From: an uncultured Prochlorococcus sp.
GTDB lineage: Bacteria; Cyanobacteriota; Cyanobacteriia; PCC-6307; Cyanobiaceae
Reading direction: 5' to 3'
Length of the DNA: 64,000 nucleotides
Assembly (NCBI GenBank): GCA_902571335.1
Contig: CACGBT010000003.1
Location: forward strand, 18,102 to 82,101
Positions 21,759 through 31,727 of the stretch are shown here, one piece after another (within the stretch, counting starts at the first letter, position 1; each line of letters starts with the position of its first letter). Below the pieces are notes generated by a model, which did not search any database, was not told the DNA's origin, and saw only the letters and a program-made list of their open reading frames with translations. The translations under genes and the position numbers were made by a program.

Positions 21759-22826
21759 TTATAAATCTAGAGATATATCTACCAGTTTAGCCACAAGTTG
21801 TTCAATATTTAAACCTGAAGCTTTCCAAAGCATTGGAAACATACTGTTTTTTGTAAACCCAGGGATTGTATTTATTTCATTTAAAAAAATTTTATTTGAA
21901 GATTTTTCTAAAAAGAAATCTACTCTTGCAAAACCGAAAATATTTAGTGCTCTACAACTTTGAATAGCAATTTCTTTAATTTCTTTTGTAATTTTAGAAT
22001 CTATTTCAGCTGGGATAGTTATTTGATTATTTGAGTAATATTTTGAATCGTAATCATACCAGTCACTTTCGTACTTTACTTCGCCTATCTCAGAGGTTAA
22101 GAGTTTTGACTTCCCAATTACTCCGCATTCAATCTCCCTTACCTCTAAACCTTCCTCTACTATAATTCTTGGATCTATTGCCCGAGCCTTTTCTAATGCT
22201 TGTAATATTTCTGATTCATTTTTGACTTTGGAGATGCCCAGAGATGATCCAGAGTTGGATGGTTTAACAAAAACAGGAAAATTTAATTCATTTAAAATTT
22301 CATTAATTAACTTATTTTTTACTTCCTTATTGTTGAAATCTTCATTTTGAAAAACTAGATAATTAACTTGTGGGAGTTTAAGATTTGAGAAAATAGATTT
22401 CATTAATATTTTATCCATTCCAAGTGCAGAGCCTAAAATTCCACATCCGACTAAAGGCTTCTTTGTAAATCTCAGTAAGCCATGAATCGATCCGTCTTCG
22501 CCATTAAATCCATGTAAAATAGGAAACCAAACATCAACATTTTGAAATTCAATTTCGTCTAGGAAGTTAATTCTTTCTTGATTCAAAAGCCCCTGTTTTT
22601 TTGTTTTATTATTTTCAATTTCACCAACTAAAATTTTTTTTGAAAGATCACTATCAAGCCAATCTCCAAATTTACTAATATAAAATGTTTTAACAGTAAA
22701 TCGTTGTTTATTTATTTCTGAATTAAAGGCTTGAAAAACTGTTTTTGCAGAGGATATTGATACTTCATGTTCATTAGATTCCCCACCAAATATTAACCCA
22801 ATACATTTTTTCATTCCCCCGATCAT
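21759..22826 (-). CDS. ddl: D-alanine--D-alanine ligase
   Basis: FGGESNEHEVS, LHG.NGEDG, GSSLGI, NEINTIPGFT.NSMFP. Confidence 0.97.
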   Translation of the reverse strand: MIGGMKKCIGLIFGGESNEHEVSISSAKTVFQAFNSEINKQRFTVKTFYISKFGDWLDSDLSKKILVGEIENNKTKKQGLLNQERINFLDEIEFQNVDVWFPILHGFNGEDGSIHGLLRFTKKPLVGCGILGSALGMDKILMKSIFSNLKLPQVNYLVFQNEDFNNKEVKNKLINEILNELNFPVFVKPSNSGSSLGISKVKNESEILQALEKARAIDPRIIVEEGLEVREIECGVIGKSKLLTSEIGEVKYESDWYDYDSKYYSNNQITIPAEIDSKITKEIKEIAIQSCRALNIFGFARVDFFLEKSSNKIFLNEINTIPGFTKNSMFPMLWKASGLNIEQLVAKLVDISLDL

Positions 22827-22838
22827 TTAGAAAAAAAA

Positions 22839-24233
22839 TTATAAATAAAGTTCTCCTGTTAGAGAAAAAGGTCTTGCTTCGTTAATTCTGACATTAATCT
22901 CATCTCCCAATGAAAAATTAAAGTGAATATTTTTGGGAATCTCTACGAAAGTTAATCGATTTGTTCTAGTTCTACCCATAATTTGCGATGAATTTTTTGG
23001 ATTCAAACCCTCAATTAGAACGCTTTCGATATTATTGATATATCGTTGATTTCTACTCCTAGCAGTTTTCTCGACCAAATCATTAATTTCCTGCAATCTA
23101 GCTTTTTTCACCTCTTCCGAAAGTTGATTCGCCCAAACTGCTGCAGGCGTGTTTGGTCTTGGAGAGTATGCTGCTGTATTCACCTGATCAAAGCCAATTT
23201 CTGATATTAGCTTTAATGTATCTTGATATTGTTGTTCGGTTTCTCCTGGGAAAGCAACTATCGCGTCAGCTGTGATTGATGCATCTGGCATTAAGGATCT
23301 AATATTCTCGATAATATTTTTATACTTTTTGATAGTGTATCCTCTGGACATTTGCTTTAAAATTTCATCATTTCCACTTTGGAAGGGAATATGGAAATGT
23401 TCACAGACTTTATCAAGTTCATAACAAGCTTGAATCAACCTTTTTGAAAAATATCTTGGATGACTAGTAGCAAATCTTATTCTGCGAATTCCTTTAACAT
23501 CATGTATAAAATACAAAAGATCAGTTAGCGTATTCTCTTTTCTCCCCTCTTTTGTCGTTCCTGGAAGGTCTCTACCATAAGCATCAATGTTCTGACCCAA
23601 AAGAGTAATTTCTTTAAAATTATCATCAGCCAATTTTTGGATTTCACTTTTTATCGCATTTGGATATCTTGATTGCTCTTTCCCTCTGACAGAGGGGACT
23701 ACGCAATAAGAACATCTTTCATTACATCCATAAATAATATTAACCCATCCACAAATAGAGCTTTCTCTTCTAGCACTTGTTATATCTTCAGAAATGAAGG
23801 TTTCTTCTGTGGCAGCAACTTGATTTCCTAAATCAACTTTCCCCAGAAGATTCTCAAGATTATTTACTTGTTGAGGCCCCATAACCAGATCAAGTTCTGG
23901 GACTCTTCTTAGTAAGGACTCTCCCTCTTGCTGAGCTAGGCAACCTGCAACAACAAGTTTTAAGCTAGGTGTTTTGTGCTTTCTTTTTGCTTGTCTTCCT
24001 AGAAAGCTATAAACTTTTTGCTCTGCATTATCTCTAATTGTGCATGTATTGTACAAGACCAAATCGGCATTTAATTCATTATCTGCTCTGGTGTATCCCA
24101 TTTTTTCTAATGTCCCAGCCATTCTCTCAGAATCAGCCTTGTTCATTTGGCATCCAAATGTGGTTATCCAATAACTGCTAGTAGTTGAATTCTTTTGAAA
24201 TTTTTTTTCGTCTGGTTTTGTTTTTGTTAGCAC
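22839..24233 (-). CDS. miaB: tRNA-2-methylthio-N6-dimethylallyladenosine synthase
   Basis: [26 protein letters not shown] radical SAM motif, C-terminal TRAM. Confidence 0.96.
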   Translation of the reverse strand: MLTKTKPDEKKFQKNSTTSSYWITTFGCQMNKADSERMAGTLEKMGYTRADNELNADLVLYNTCTIRDNAEQKVYSFLGRQAKRKHKTPSLKLVVAGCLAQQEGESLLRRVPELDLVMGPQQVNNLENLLGKVDLGNQVAATEETFISEDITSARRESSICGWVNIIYGCNERCSYCVVPSVRGKEQSRYPNAIKSEIQKLADDNFKEITLLGQNIDAYGRDLPGTTKEGRKENTLTDLLYFIHDVKGIRRIRFATSHPRYFSKRLIQACYELDKVCEHFHIPFQSGNDEILKQMSRGYTIKKYKNIIENIRSLMPDASITADAIVAFPGETEQQYQDTLKLISEIGFDQVNTAAYSPRPNTPAAVWANQLSEEVKKARLQEINDLVEKTARSRNQRYINNIESVLIEGLNPKNSSQIMGRTRTNRLTFVEIPKNIHFNFSLGDEINVRINEARPFSLTGELYL

Positions 24234-24305
24234 TTTGCTAGGAATTTTTTATGATTCTTTAATACAAAATTACAAGTTAAATGATTTTGCTGCAATTTTT
24301 TTGAG

Positions 24306-24379
24306 GGCGAGCGAGGGGATTCGAACCCCCGAATAGCGGCGCCACAAGCCGCTGCCTTAACCACTTGGCGACGCCCGCC
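24306..24379 (-). tRNA. tRNA-His (anticodon GTG), with encoded G-1
   Basis: Reverse complement G-GCGGGCG...GCGGC TT GTG GC GCCGC...GGTTCGAATCC...CGCTCGC-C. Confidence 0.97.
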
Positions 24380-24508
24380 TCACATTTATAAATTTAACAA
24401 CTCAAAGGTAATTTTTCATAGTTATTTTTATCTTTTAGCGAAATTTGAATTATTTTCTAATTCAGTAAAGTTTTCTTATGATTTAAGATAAAAGAAAATT
24501 TAAAAATT

Positions 24509-25744
24509 TTGAGTAATTCCGGCAAAGCTGAGGTTCTTATTCCCAGAAGCCTTTTTTTAATAGAAGATTTTAATAACCTCAACATTGACGTTGAGGATTT
24601 ATGTTCAGTTTCCATTAGTTGGGAGGATGGATTTGTTTCTGAGTTAAAGCCTTTAAAAAATAAAATTACAAAACCAAAAAATATTTTGTTCCCAAGATTT
24701 GTTGAAACGCATTCGCATTTTGATAAATCTTTTACATGGGCAGACTTTCCTAATCTGGAATCAAACTATGGAGGAGCATTATCAGTCAATTTTGAAGAAC
24801 ATAAAACTAGAACTACAGAAAAGGTTCTTGAAAGAGTTAAGAAATCATTAAAACTTGCCATACAAAATGGATACCGAGCAATTAGAAGTCATATTGATAC
24901 ATACAAAAGTCAATCTATTGATATTTGGATTGAACTTTTTAAATTACAAAAAAAATTTTCATCTGAGTTGACTTTACAATACGTTGCGCTAGCTCCATTG
25001 GAATTCTGGGATACAAATGATGGAGAAGATTTGGCAAAAATATTTTCCTCTAATGGAGGCATTTTAGGAGGTGTTATTGTACCCCCTTTTAATAAAAAAA
25101 ATACAAGCAAATTTCTATCAAAGATGCTTCTTCTCGCGAATAAATATAAATTAGAAATTGATTTGCATATAGATGAATCAATTATTGAACCTGGAGCAGG
25201 AATAAAAGTTTTATTAGAAACGATGGAAAATTTAAAAATTAATAGTATTCCGATCACTTGTAGTCATTTGAGTAGTCTTATTTCTCTAAGTAATAGAGAG
25301 ATTTTAAATTTAGGAGAAAAAATGGCTGAGAAAAATATTAAGGTTATTGCCTTACCTTTAACAAATTTTTGGCTTTTAAATAGAGATAATAAAACCACCT
25401 CATTCAAAAGACCAGTTGCGCCAATAAAGCAACTACAAAAATCACAAGTGGATGTATGTCTTGGGAGTGATAATGTTCAAGACCCTTGGTACCCCTTTGG
25501 TAATTTTGATCCTTTTTATATGTTGTCTTGCTCGATGCCTATGCTTCAACTAAATCCCTGGGAGAGAATGACTCTATCTTCTATTTTTTTAGCTCCAAGC
25601 AGATTATTAAATTTAAAATGGGATGGTTTAATTAAAAAAGGTTGTCCTGCTGATTTTGTGATTTTAGATGCACAAAGATGGGCAGATGTTTTTTCGAGCA
25701 ATTTAAAGAGAAAAGTATTTATTAACGGCGATTTATATTGCTAA
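24509..25744 (+). CDS. codA: Amidohydrolase-family deaminase (cytosine/pterin deaminase-like)
   Basis: HSHFDK, IRSH.D, DLHIDE, SH and GSDNVQDPWYPFG metal-binding motifs. Confidence 0.8.
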   Translation: MSNSGKAEVLIPRSLFLIEDFNNLNIDVEDLCSVSISWEDGFVSELKPLKNKITKPKNILFPRFVETHSHFDKSFTWADFPNLESNYGGALSVNFEEHKTRTTEKVLERVKKSLKLAIQNGYRAIRSHIDTYKSQSIDIWIELFKLQKKFSSELTLQYVALAPLEFWDTNDGEDLAKIFSSNGGILGGVIVPPFNKKNTSKFLSKMLLLANKYKLEIDLHIDESIIEPGAGIKVLLETMENLKINSIPITCSHLSSLISLSNREILNLGEKMAEKNIKVIALPLTNFWLLNRDNKTTSFKRPVAPIKQLQKSQVDVCLGSDNVQDPWYPFGNFDPFYMLSCSMPMLQLNPWERMTLSSIFLAPSRLLNLKWDGLIKKGCPADFVILDAQRWADVFSSNLKRKVFINGDLYC

Positions 25745-25782
25745 TTGGCTAATTTATATACAAAGCACAAAAATTTTTATTA

Positions 25783-27135
25783 ATGATATCAAAACTTAAA
25801 TTTACAGACAAACTTAGAGAAGTCAAAAACTTAGAGATCATTGAAAATAAATCCGATGTAAAAAGACTTTCAAAAGATTTTTATAACTACTCTCCAATCC
25901 TTACGGAAAAATTAGACGAATGTATTGCAGATTTGGTGGTAAGACCTAGTGATCACAAAGCGTTAAAAGAAGTAGCAGAAATTTGTTGGGAATTATCTAT
26001 CCCACTTACTTTAAGGGGTTCAGGTACAGGTAATTATGGACAAGCTGTCCCATTATTTAAAGGAGTTGTAATGCAGATGAGTCAATTTAATAAGTTAGAA
26101 GAATTTGATCCAGATACAGGCTTTGTAAAAGTACAGTCTGGCTGTGTTATGGGAGATTTGAATAAACAATTAGAGAAATATGGCAGGGAATTGAGGTTAC
26201 TTCCTAGTACTTGGAAAACAGCAACAATTGGAGGTTTTATTGCAGGTGGATCAGGAGGTATTGGTTCCATTAGGTGGGGATTTTTAAGAGATCCAGGAAA
26301 TCTTATAGGTTTAGAGGCAGTAACGATGAATGAAAAACCTGCATTATTAAAATTTGATGCTGAAGAATCCGAACCTCTAAATCATGCTTATGGGACTAAT
26401 GGAATAATTACTTCTTTATTACTTGCTACTGATATCAAACGTAAGTGGTACTCATTAGTTATCGATTGTATTCAATTTGAAAAAACAATAGAAATATTAA
26501 AAACTCTTACTAGCGCAGCAATTAATCTGAAATTAGGAGCAATTCTTGAAGAAGAAATTGTAGATCAAATGCCAAAATGGTTTAAAGGTAAATCTAGAAG
26601 TCACAAGATATTAATACAATCTACTCTTGGAGGAATAAAAACCATCGAGCTAATTTGTAAAAAATTTAAAGTTGAATCTACCCTACTTGGGGAAGAAGAA
26701 AAGCTCGTGAATGGAATTTCTGAAGTTGTATGGAATCATACAACTCTTCATATGAGGTCTAGGGATAAAAATTGGACTTATTTACAGATGCTTTTGCCAC
26801 TTAATAATGAACTAGAGTTAATTAATTTTTTGAGAAAAAAATGGGGTAAAAAAGTTCTTTGGCATTTAGAGGCAGTTTCTCAACAAGGATCGCCTAGATT
26901 AGCGGCTTTGCCTGTATTAAAGTGGAATGGGGCAGAAGAATTAAATGAAATAATGGAAGATTGCAAGAAACTTGGTGCGTTTATTTTTAATCCTCATGTT
27001 TTAACAGTTGAAGGGGGAGGTCTCGGAGTGGTGGACGCAGATCAAGTAAAAGCGAAATTAAGATTTGATCCTAAAGGGCTATTAAATCCAGGAAAATTGG
27101 AAGGTTGGGAAGTAAAAGAACAATTTAAAATTTAA
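25783..27135 (+). CDS. FAD-binding oxidoreductase (VAO/GlcD-like family)
   Basis: RGSGTGNYGQ, PST..TATIGGFI.GGSGG, C-terminal K.RFDP.GLLNPGK. Confidence 0.88.
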   Translation: MISKLKFTDKLREVKNLEIIENKSDVKRLSKDFYNYSPILTEKLDECIADLVVRPSDHKALKEVAEICWELSIPLTLRGSGTGNYGQAVPLFKGVVMQMSQFNKLEEFDPDTGFVKVQSGCVMGDLNKQLEKYGRELRLLPSTWKTATIGGFIAGGSGGIGSIRWGFLRDPGNLIGLEAVTMNEKPALLKFDAEESEPLNHAYGTNGIITSLLLATDIKRKWYSLVIDCIQFEKTIEILKTLTSAAINLKLGAILEEEIVDQMPKWFKGKSRSHKILIQSTLGGIKTIELICKKFKVESTLLGEEEKLVNGISEVVWNHTTLHMRSRDKNWTYLQMLLPLNNELELINFLRKKWGKKVLWHLEAVSQQGSPRLAALPVLKWNGAEELNEIMEDCKKLGAFIFNPHVLTVEGGGLGVVDADQVKAKLRFDPKGLLNPGKLEGWEVKEQFKI

Positions 27136-28364
27136 TATTTCTGTTGATTCGCAAATTTGATAAATTCAGCAACTAAAAAAATAGAACCTGTAAGAACAGG
27201 ATGATTAGGTGGCCATTTTTCTAGGGAAAATAAATACTCAATGGCAAGTTCGAATGTTTTAAATTCGATTGTTTTTGGAAAGTCAATTTCTTTAATCTGA
27301 GAGAGATCATTTAATTGCCAACTAGGTTGGTTTGGAACTGGCACAAGTAATAAGCGATCATTTTTCTTTAGAAGTGTTTTTAATATTGCGTAAATATCTT
27401 TTTGTCTTTGTACACCTAAAATCCAATAAATTCCCTTATCTTCATTCTCCCAATTGCTTCGCTCATTAGAGAGTGCTTTTGCAGCAGGATAATTATGCGC
27501 ACAATCTACAAGAATTTCTTTGTTTAAATAATTTATTATTTCTAGCCTTCCATTCCAAGTTGTCTTTTTAAGACCTTCAGATATGTGTTTTTCTTTTATA
27601 TTAATTCCCAAATTATTCAGCGCTTCAATTGCTCCAACAGCTACTGAAGCATTTTGCTTTTGAAAAATTCCTTTTAATCCAAGCTCATAGCTTTTTGAAA
27701 TTGAATCTTTCCAAATAATTTCTGCTCCTACCTCTTTAACTTTTTTGGTTATTAAATTTTCAACTTGACTATTTTGATTGCATGAGATGACAATTGAGTC
27801 TTTTTCAATAACTGCTAATTTTTCTTCGGCAATTTTTTCAATCGTATCTCCAAGAAATTCTTTATGGTCTAAGCCAATATTCCCAATAGCAATGATTGGT
27901 CTAGATTTATGAGCTGTTGTCGCGTCTAATCGTCCCCCTAAGCCAGCTTCAAGAATGAGCAATTCAACTTTTTTATGGTCAAAATAATTTAGTGCGCAGC
28001 AAATGATTTTTTCAAAAGGAGTTAATTCAAATGTTGAAATTTTTTTTTCTATTAATCTATAGATTTTTTCAAAATCAGTTTTATTAATATTTTTTTTATT
28101 AACTCTAATCCTCTCGCATACATCCAAAAGATGAGGGGATGTCGTTACACCGAAATTCCTTTTAGCTTCAAAAAGTATACTTTCTAAATATGCCGCGATT
28201 GATCCTTTCCCATTGGTTCCAATAATCTGTATCGCAGGGATATTCTTGCAAGGATTATCAAGTTCTTGAAGTGCTTTTTTAATTCTTGATAAACCTAACT
28301 TGATATTATCCCTTTCATATTTAGGAGATAATAATTCAAAAAATTTTAAATTTGCATTTTTCAA
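27132..28364 (-). CDS. folC: Folylpolyglutamate/dihydrofolate synthase
   Basis: GTNGKGS, TSPHL, EAGLGGRLDAT, W.GRLE, DCAHN, TGSIFLV. Confidence 0.96.
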   Translation of the reverse strand: MKNANLKFFELLSPKYERDNIKLGLSRIKKALQELDNPCKNIPAIQIIGTNGKGSIAAYLESILFEAKRNFGVTTSPHLLDVCERIRVNKKNINKTDFEKIYRLIEKKISTFELTPFEKIICCALNYFDHKKVELLILEAGLGGRLDATTAHKSRPIIAIGNIGLDHKEFLGDTIEKIAEEKLAVIEKDSIVISCNQNSQVENLITKKVKEVGAEIIWKDSISKSYELGLKGIFQKQNASVAVGAIEALNNLGINIKEKHISEGLKKTTWNGRLEIINYLNKEILVDCAHNYPAAKALSNERSNWENEDKGIYWILGVQRQKDIYAILKTLLKKNDRLLLVPVPNQPSWQLNDLSQIKEIDFPKTIEFKTFELAIEYLFSLEKWPPNHPVLTGSIFLVAEFIKFANQQKY

Positions 28365-28375
28365 AATTTAAATTG

Positions 28376-29551
28376 CTAAAACTCTTCAAAAATTGAATTT
28401 AGCTTATCCAAAAGAATATTAATTTCTCTTCGAGATATAACTAATGGTGGGACAATCCTTACAACATTTTCTCCTGCAGGAACTACCAGTAGTCCTTTAT
28501 CAAAAGCTTTTAATGTAATTTTTTTTGCATCAGCATAATCATCATTGATCACAAGACCTTGTATTAAACCTAAACCTCTTTTCCCCCTAATAATATTTGG
28601 AAATTTTTTTGACAATTCTTCAAACCCAGCACTTAATTGTTCCCCTCTTAGATAAACATTATTGATAATATTTCTTCTATTTATTTCTTCTAATACAGTT
28701 AGGGCAGCTTTACAGGCGAATGGGTTCCCTCCAAAAGTGCTTGCATGATCCCCTGGAGAAAAAATGTTGGCTTTTTCTTTTACCAATAATGCTCCAATTG
28801 CATGGCCTCCTCCTAATCCTTTAGCAAGGGTGAATCCATCAGGTTCGATTCCTAAATTCTCATAACCCCACATTTTTCCAGTTCGACCTACTCCACTTTG
28901 GACCTCATCTAAAATGAGAAGAGAATTATATTTATCACATATTTCTCTCAGGCTTTTAAAAAATATTTTACTTCCAGGAATTACGCCGCCTTCGCCTTGT
29001 ATTGGTTCAACTAAAACGCCGGAAATTTTTTGATCATTATTTTCACACTCTTCAAATAATTTTTTTACCGAATCAAAATTGTTAAATTTAAAAAATTTGA
29101 ACCCTTGAATCATTGGTTCGAAACCTTTTTGATATTTTGGTTGTCCAGTGGCACTCAAGGCTGCAAGCGTCCTTCCATGGAAGCTGGATTCTGCTGCGAG
29201 AATAATTGATTCTTTACCTTTATTTGTTTTATTTCCATATTTTTTAATTAATTTAATTGCTGATTCATTTGCTTCCGCACCACTATTACAGAAGAAGACG
29301 CTTTTAGCACAACTCATATTCGTTAAAGTTCTGCTTAATTGTTCTTGTTCTTCAATGTTATAGAGATTAGAAATGTGCTGAATCTTTTTTAGTTGAGTTG
29401 ATAACCTTCTTCTTAAAACTCTGTCGCTATGTCCAAGACTACAAGTTGCTATACCAGCGACCGCATCAAGATACCTTTTACCTGTTTTGTCCCATAGCCA
29501 ACAACCTTTTCCTTTTTTGAAAGATATATCGAATCGACTATAGGTATTCAT
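28376..29551 (-). CDS. argD: Acetylornithine aminotransferase (class III PLP enzyme)
   Basis: MNTYSRF start, FCNSGAEANE, SFHGRT, EPIQGEGG, DEVQSG, AKGLGGG; the ORF-track extension to 29632 runs through tRNA-Leu. Confidence 0.93.
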   Translation of the reverse strand: MNTYSRFDISFKKGKGCWLWDKTGKRYLDAVAGIATCSLGHSDRVLRRRLSTQLKKIQHISNLYNIEEQEQLSRTLTNMSCAKSVFFCNSGAEANESAIKLIKKYGNKTNKGKESIILAAESSFHGRTLAALSATGQPKYQKGFEPMIQGFKFFKFNNFDSVKKLFEECENNDQKISGVLVEPIQGEGGVIPGSKIFFKSLREICDKYNSLLILDEVQSGVGRTGKMWGYENLGIEPDGFTLAKGLGGGHAIGALLVKEKANIFSPGDHASTFGGNPFACKAALTVLEEINRRNIINNVYLRGEQLSAGFEELSKKFPNIIRGKRGLGLIQGLVINDDYADAKKITLKAFDKGLLVVPAGENVVRIVPPLVISRREINILLDKLNSIFEEF

Positions 29552-29556
29552 TAAAG

Positions 29557-29638
29557 TGGGAGCGGTCGGACTTGAACCGACATACCCGAAGGTGCCGCAT
29601 TTTGAGTGCGGTGCGTCTACCAATTCCACCACGCTCCC
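29557..29638 (-). tRNA. tRNA-Leu (anticodon CAA)
   Basis: Reverse complement GGGAGCG...CCGCA CT CAA AA TGCGG, long variable arm, GGTTCAAGTCC, CGCTCCC-A. Confidence 0.97.
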
Positions 29639-29914
29639 AAGGCTTTTGAAAAAATGAACTTTTTTATTATAACAAAAATCAACTTATTGACTATTGTTTT
29701 GGTCAAGGAACAGTTATCAAGATAACTATTGTTAATAGTTAATCTTTTCGATAAAAACATAGAATTATTTATTGCATTTCCTGACAAGAAATGAGGGAAA
29801 AAAGAAAACTTAAACATTCATGATACATTTTTGTGACTAAATACAAGTAAAAATCTTTTTATTAAGGAGATAGCTTCATGATTAGTAATATTGTGTTATA
29901 TTTGAAAAAAACAC

Positions 29915-30022
29915 ATGTCTAAAACTCAAGCTAAAAATTTATCCTTTAAATTTGTCCCTTATCTTTTTATTGCAGTAACTATACTTACGACATTTGGATC
30001 TAACAGCGGAACTTGGGCATGA
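29915..30022 (+). CDS. Putative 35-aa single-TM small protein
   Basis: Manually translated MSKTQAKNLSFKFVPYLFIAVTILTTFGSNSGTWA*; its stop overlaps the next ATG (ATGA). Confidence 0.55.
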   Translation: MSKTQAKNLSFKFVPYLFIAVTILTTFGSNSGTWA

Positions 30023-30129
30023 ACGAATTCAAATTTAATGGTCTAAATAAAATTTGGTCTAATCGCTTTCTAGTTTTGTTTATATTATTTTTGGGTTGCA
30101 TTTCACTAATCAATATTGCTTACGTTTGA
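30019..30129 (+). CDS. Putative 36-aa single-TM small protein
   Basis: Manually translated MNEFKFNGLNKIWSNRFLVLFILFLGCISLINIAYV*. Confidence 0.5.
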   Translation: MNEFKFNGLNKIWSNRFLVLFILFLGCISLINIAYV

Positions 30130-30167
30130 ATAAATTTTCTTTGTTTTAAAAATATATTTGGAAAAGA

Positions 30168-31538
30168 CTAAGCTGCTTCGAGTTTTGAAAGATTCTCAGA
30201 TTTAGGTTTAATTTTATATCCATTCTCATCAAGAGAATTTTTACTGATCTCTCTAATTATTTTTACACCTAAATTTTTTAGTTTTAATTCAAAATTTTCA
30301 TAACCTCTATCTAGATGTTCTAATCCATAGAAATTACTACTGCCTTTTGCGATGATTCCTGCAATTATTAATGCAGCTGATGACCTTAAATCTGAGCCAA
30401 CTAGATTCATCCCATTAATTGTTTTAACACCTTTGATGTGAGCTGCGTTTTTGTTTAGTTTTATACTGGCACCCATTTCATTAAGTAAATAAATATGATT
30501 CATTCTGTTTTCGAAAACTGTTTCAGTTATCTTTGACTCACCATTTGCGATTGTCATTAGAGTTGTAAATGGTGCCTGCAAATCAGTAGGAAAGCCTGGG
30601 AAAGGAGCTGTTTCAATATCTACTCCTTTAATCTCTTTACTCTTGATAGAAATCGAATTACCTTTAATCGTAATTTTACTCCCACTCTCTTGAAGCTTAT
30701 TAGTGACAGCTTCAAGATGATGAGGGATTACTGGAGAAATTGTTATTGAAGAGGAAGTTGCAGCAGCAGCTATTAGAAAAGTTCCAGCTTCTATTCGGTC
30801 TGGAATTACTTTATGGGTACATCCGCCAAGCTTATTAACACCATCAATAATAATTGTTTCTTTACCGGAGTCATAAATTTTTGCTCCCATTTTATTAAGC
30901 ATTTGGCATAAATCTTGAACTTCAGGCTCTCTAGCCGCATTTTCAATAGTAGTTCTTCCTTTGGCTAAAGATGCTGCCATTATTAAAGTTTCAGTCGCAC
31001 CTACACTTGGACAATTTAATTTAATATGAGTGCCATGAAGTCTATTTTTGCCCCCCCGTGTTTTTGCCTTTACAATTCCCTCTTCAATAATAATGTCTGC
31101 TCCTAGTGCGATTAATCCATTAATATGTTCGTCTATTGGTCTTGAACCAATATTACATCCACCTGGTAAAGGTACTTGAGCTTCCCCAAATTTAGTTAAT
31201 AGTGCACCTATACAAAAGAAACTAGCTCTTAATCCTTTAACAAGTTCATATGGAAGTTCTTTAATCGAAATAGTTGTTGGATCTATTTCAAGTTGGTTGT
31301 TTTTACGAACTAAGTTCACTCCTAAATTCTTTAAGATATTCCCCATTTTTTCAATATCAGTAAGAAAAGGTACATTTTCAAGAATTATTTTTTCATTAGT
31401 TAGCAATGATGAGGCTAATAAAACTAAGGCGGAATTCTTCGCACCACTTATTTCAACTATTCCATTTAACTTGCCTTGGCCAAGAATCTTTAAATTTTGT
31501 GATTTAAGATATGACTTCGTTTTGCTTCCGCAAATCAT
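30168..31538 (-). CDS. murA: UDP-N-acetylglucosamine 1-carboxyvinyltransferase
   Basis: SGAKNS, LPGGCNIGSRPID.H, PDRIEAGT, PGFPTDLQA, HLDRGYE. Confidence 0.97.
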   Translation of the reverse strand: MICGSKTKSYLKSQNLKILGQGKLNGIVEISGAKNSALVLLASSLLTNEKIILENVPFLTDIEKMGNILKNLGVNLVRKNNQLEIDPTTISIKELPYELVKGLRASFFCIGALLTKFGEAQVPLPGGCNIGSRPIDEHINGLIALGADIIIEEGIVKAKTRGGKNRLHGTHIKLNCPSVGATETLIMAASLAKGRTTIENAAREPEVQDLCQMLNKMGAKIYDSGKETIIIDGVNKLGGCTHKVIPDRIEAGTFLIAAAATSSSITISPVIPHHLEAVTNKLQESGSKITIKGNSISIKSKEIKGVDIETAPFPGFPTDLQAPFTTLMTIANGESKITETVFENRMNHIYLLNEMGASIKLNKNAAHIKGVKTINGMNLVGSDLRSSAALIIAGIIAKGSSNFYGLEHLDRGYENFELKLKNLGVKIIREISKNSLDENGYKIKPKSENLSKLEAA

Positions 31539-31727
31539 TAAGACTTAATTTATTAGATTCATCATGACAAACTAATAATATTAAGTCCACCCTATGTAAC
31601 GTCTTGAATATTAATTAAAAATGAAAATATATTTTTTGATTTCTTGGGAAATAAAAATTTAATAAATAATTGATCAAAATATTTATGTAATTAAAATATA
31701 GTTGATAACAAATTTTTCAAAATACTC

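Noticed and set aside
29552-29632. 27-aa N-terminal extension of ArgD in the ORF track
   Set aside because: It is a translation of tRNA-Leu, and ArgD similarity begins at MNTY. Kept only as a hypothesis in the findings.
7955-29638. The three tRNAs as possible island integration sites
   Set aside because: No integrase, no duplicated tRNA 3' end noticed, and the flanking genes are core housekeeping genes.
29617-29817. 66-aa ORF on the - strand
   Set aside because: It runs through the tRNA-Leu promoter and 5' end and has no protein features.
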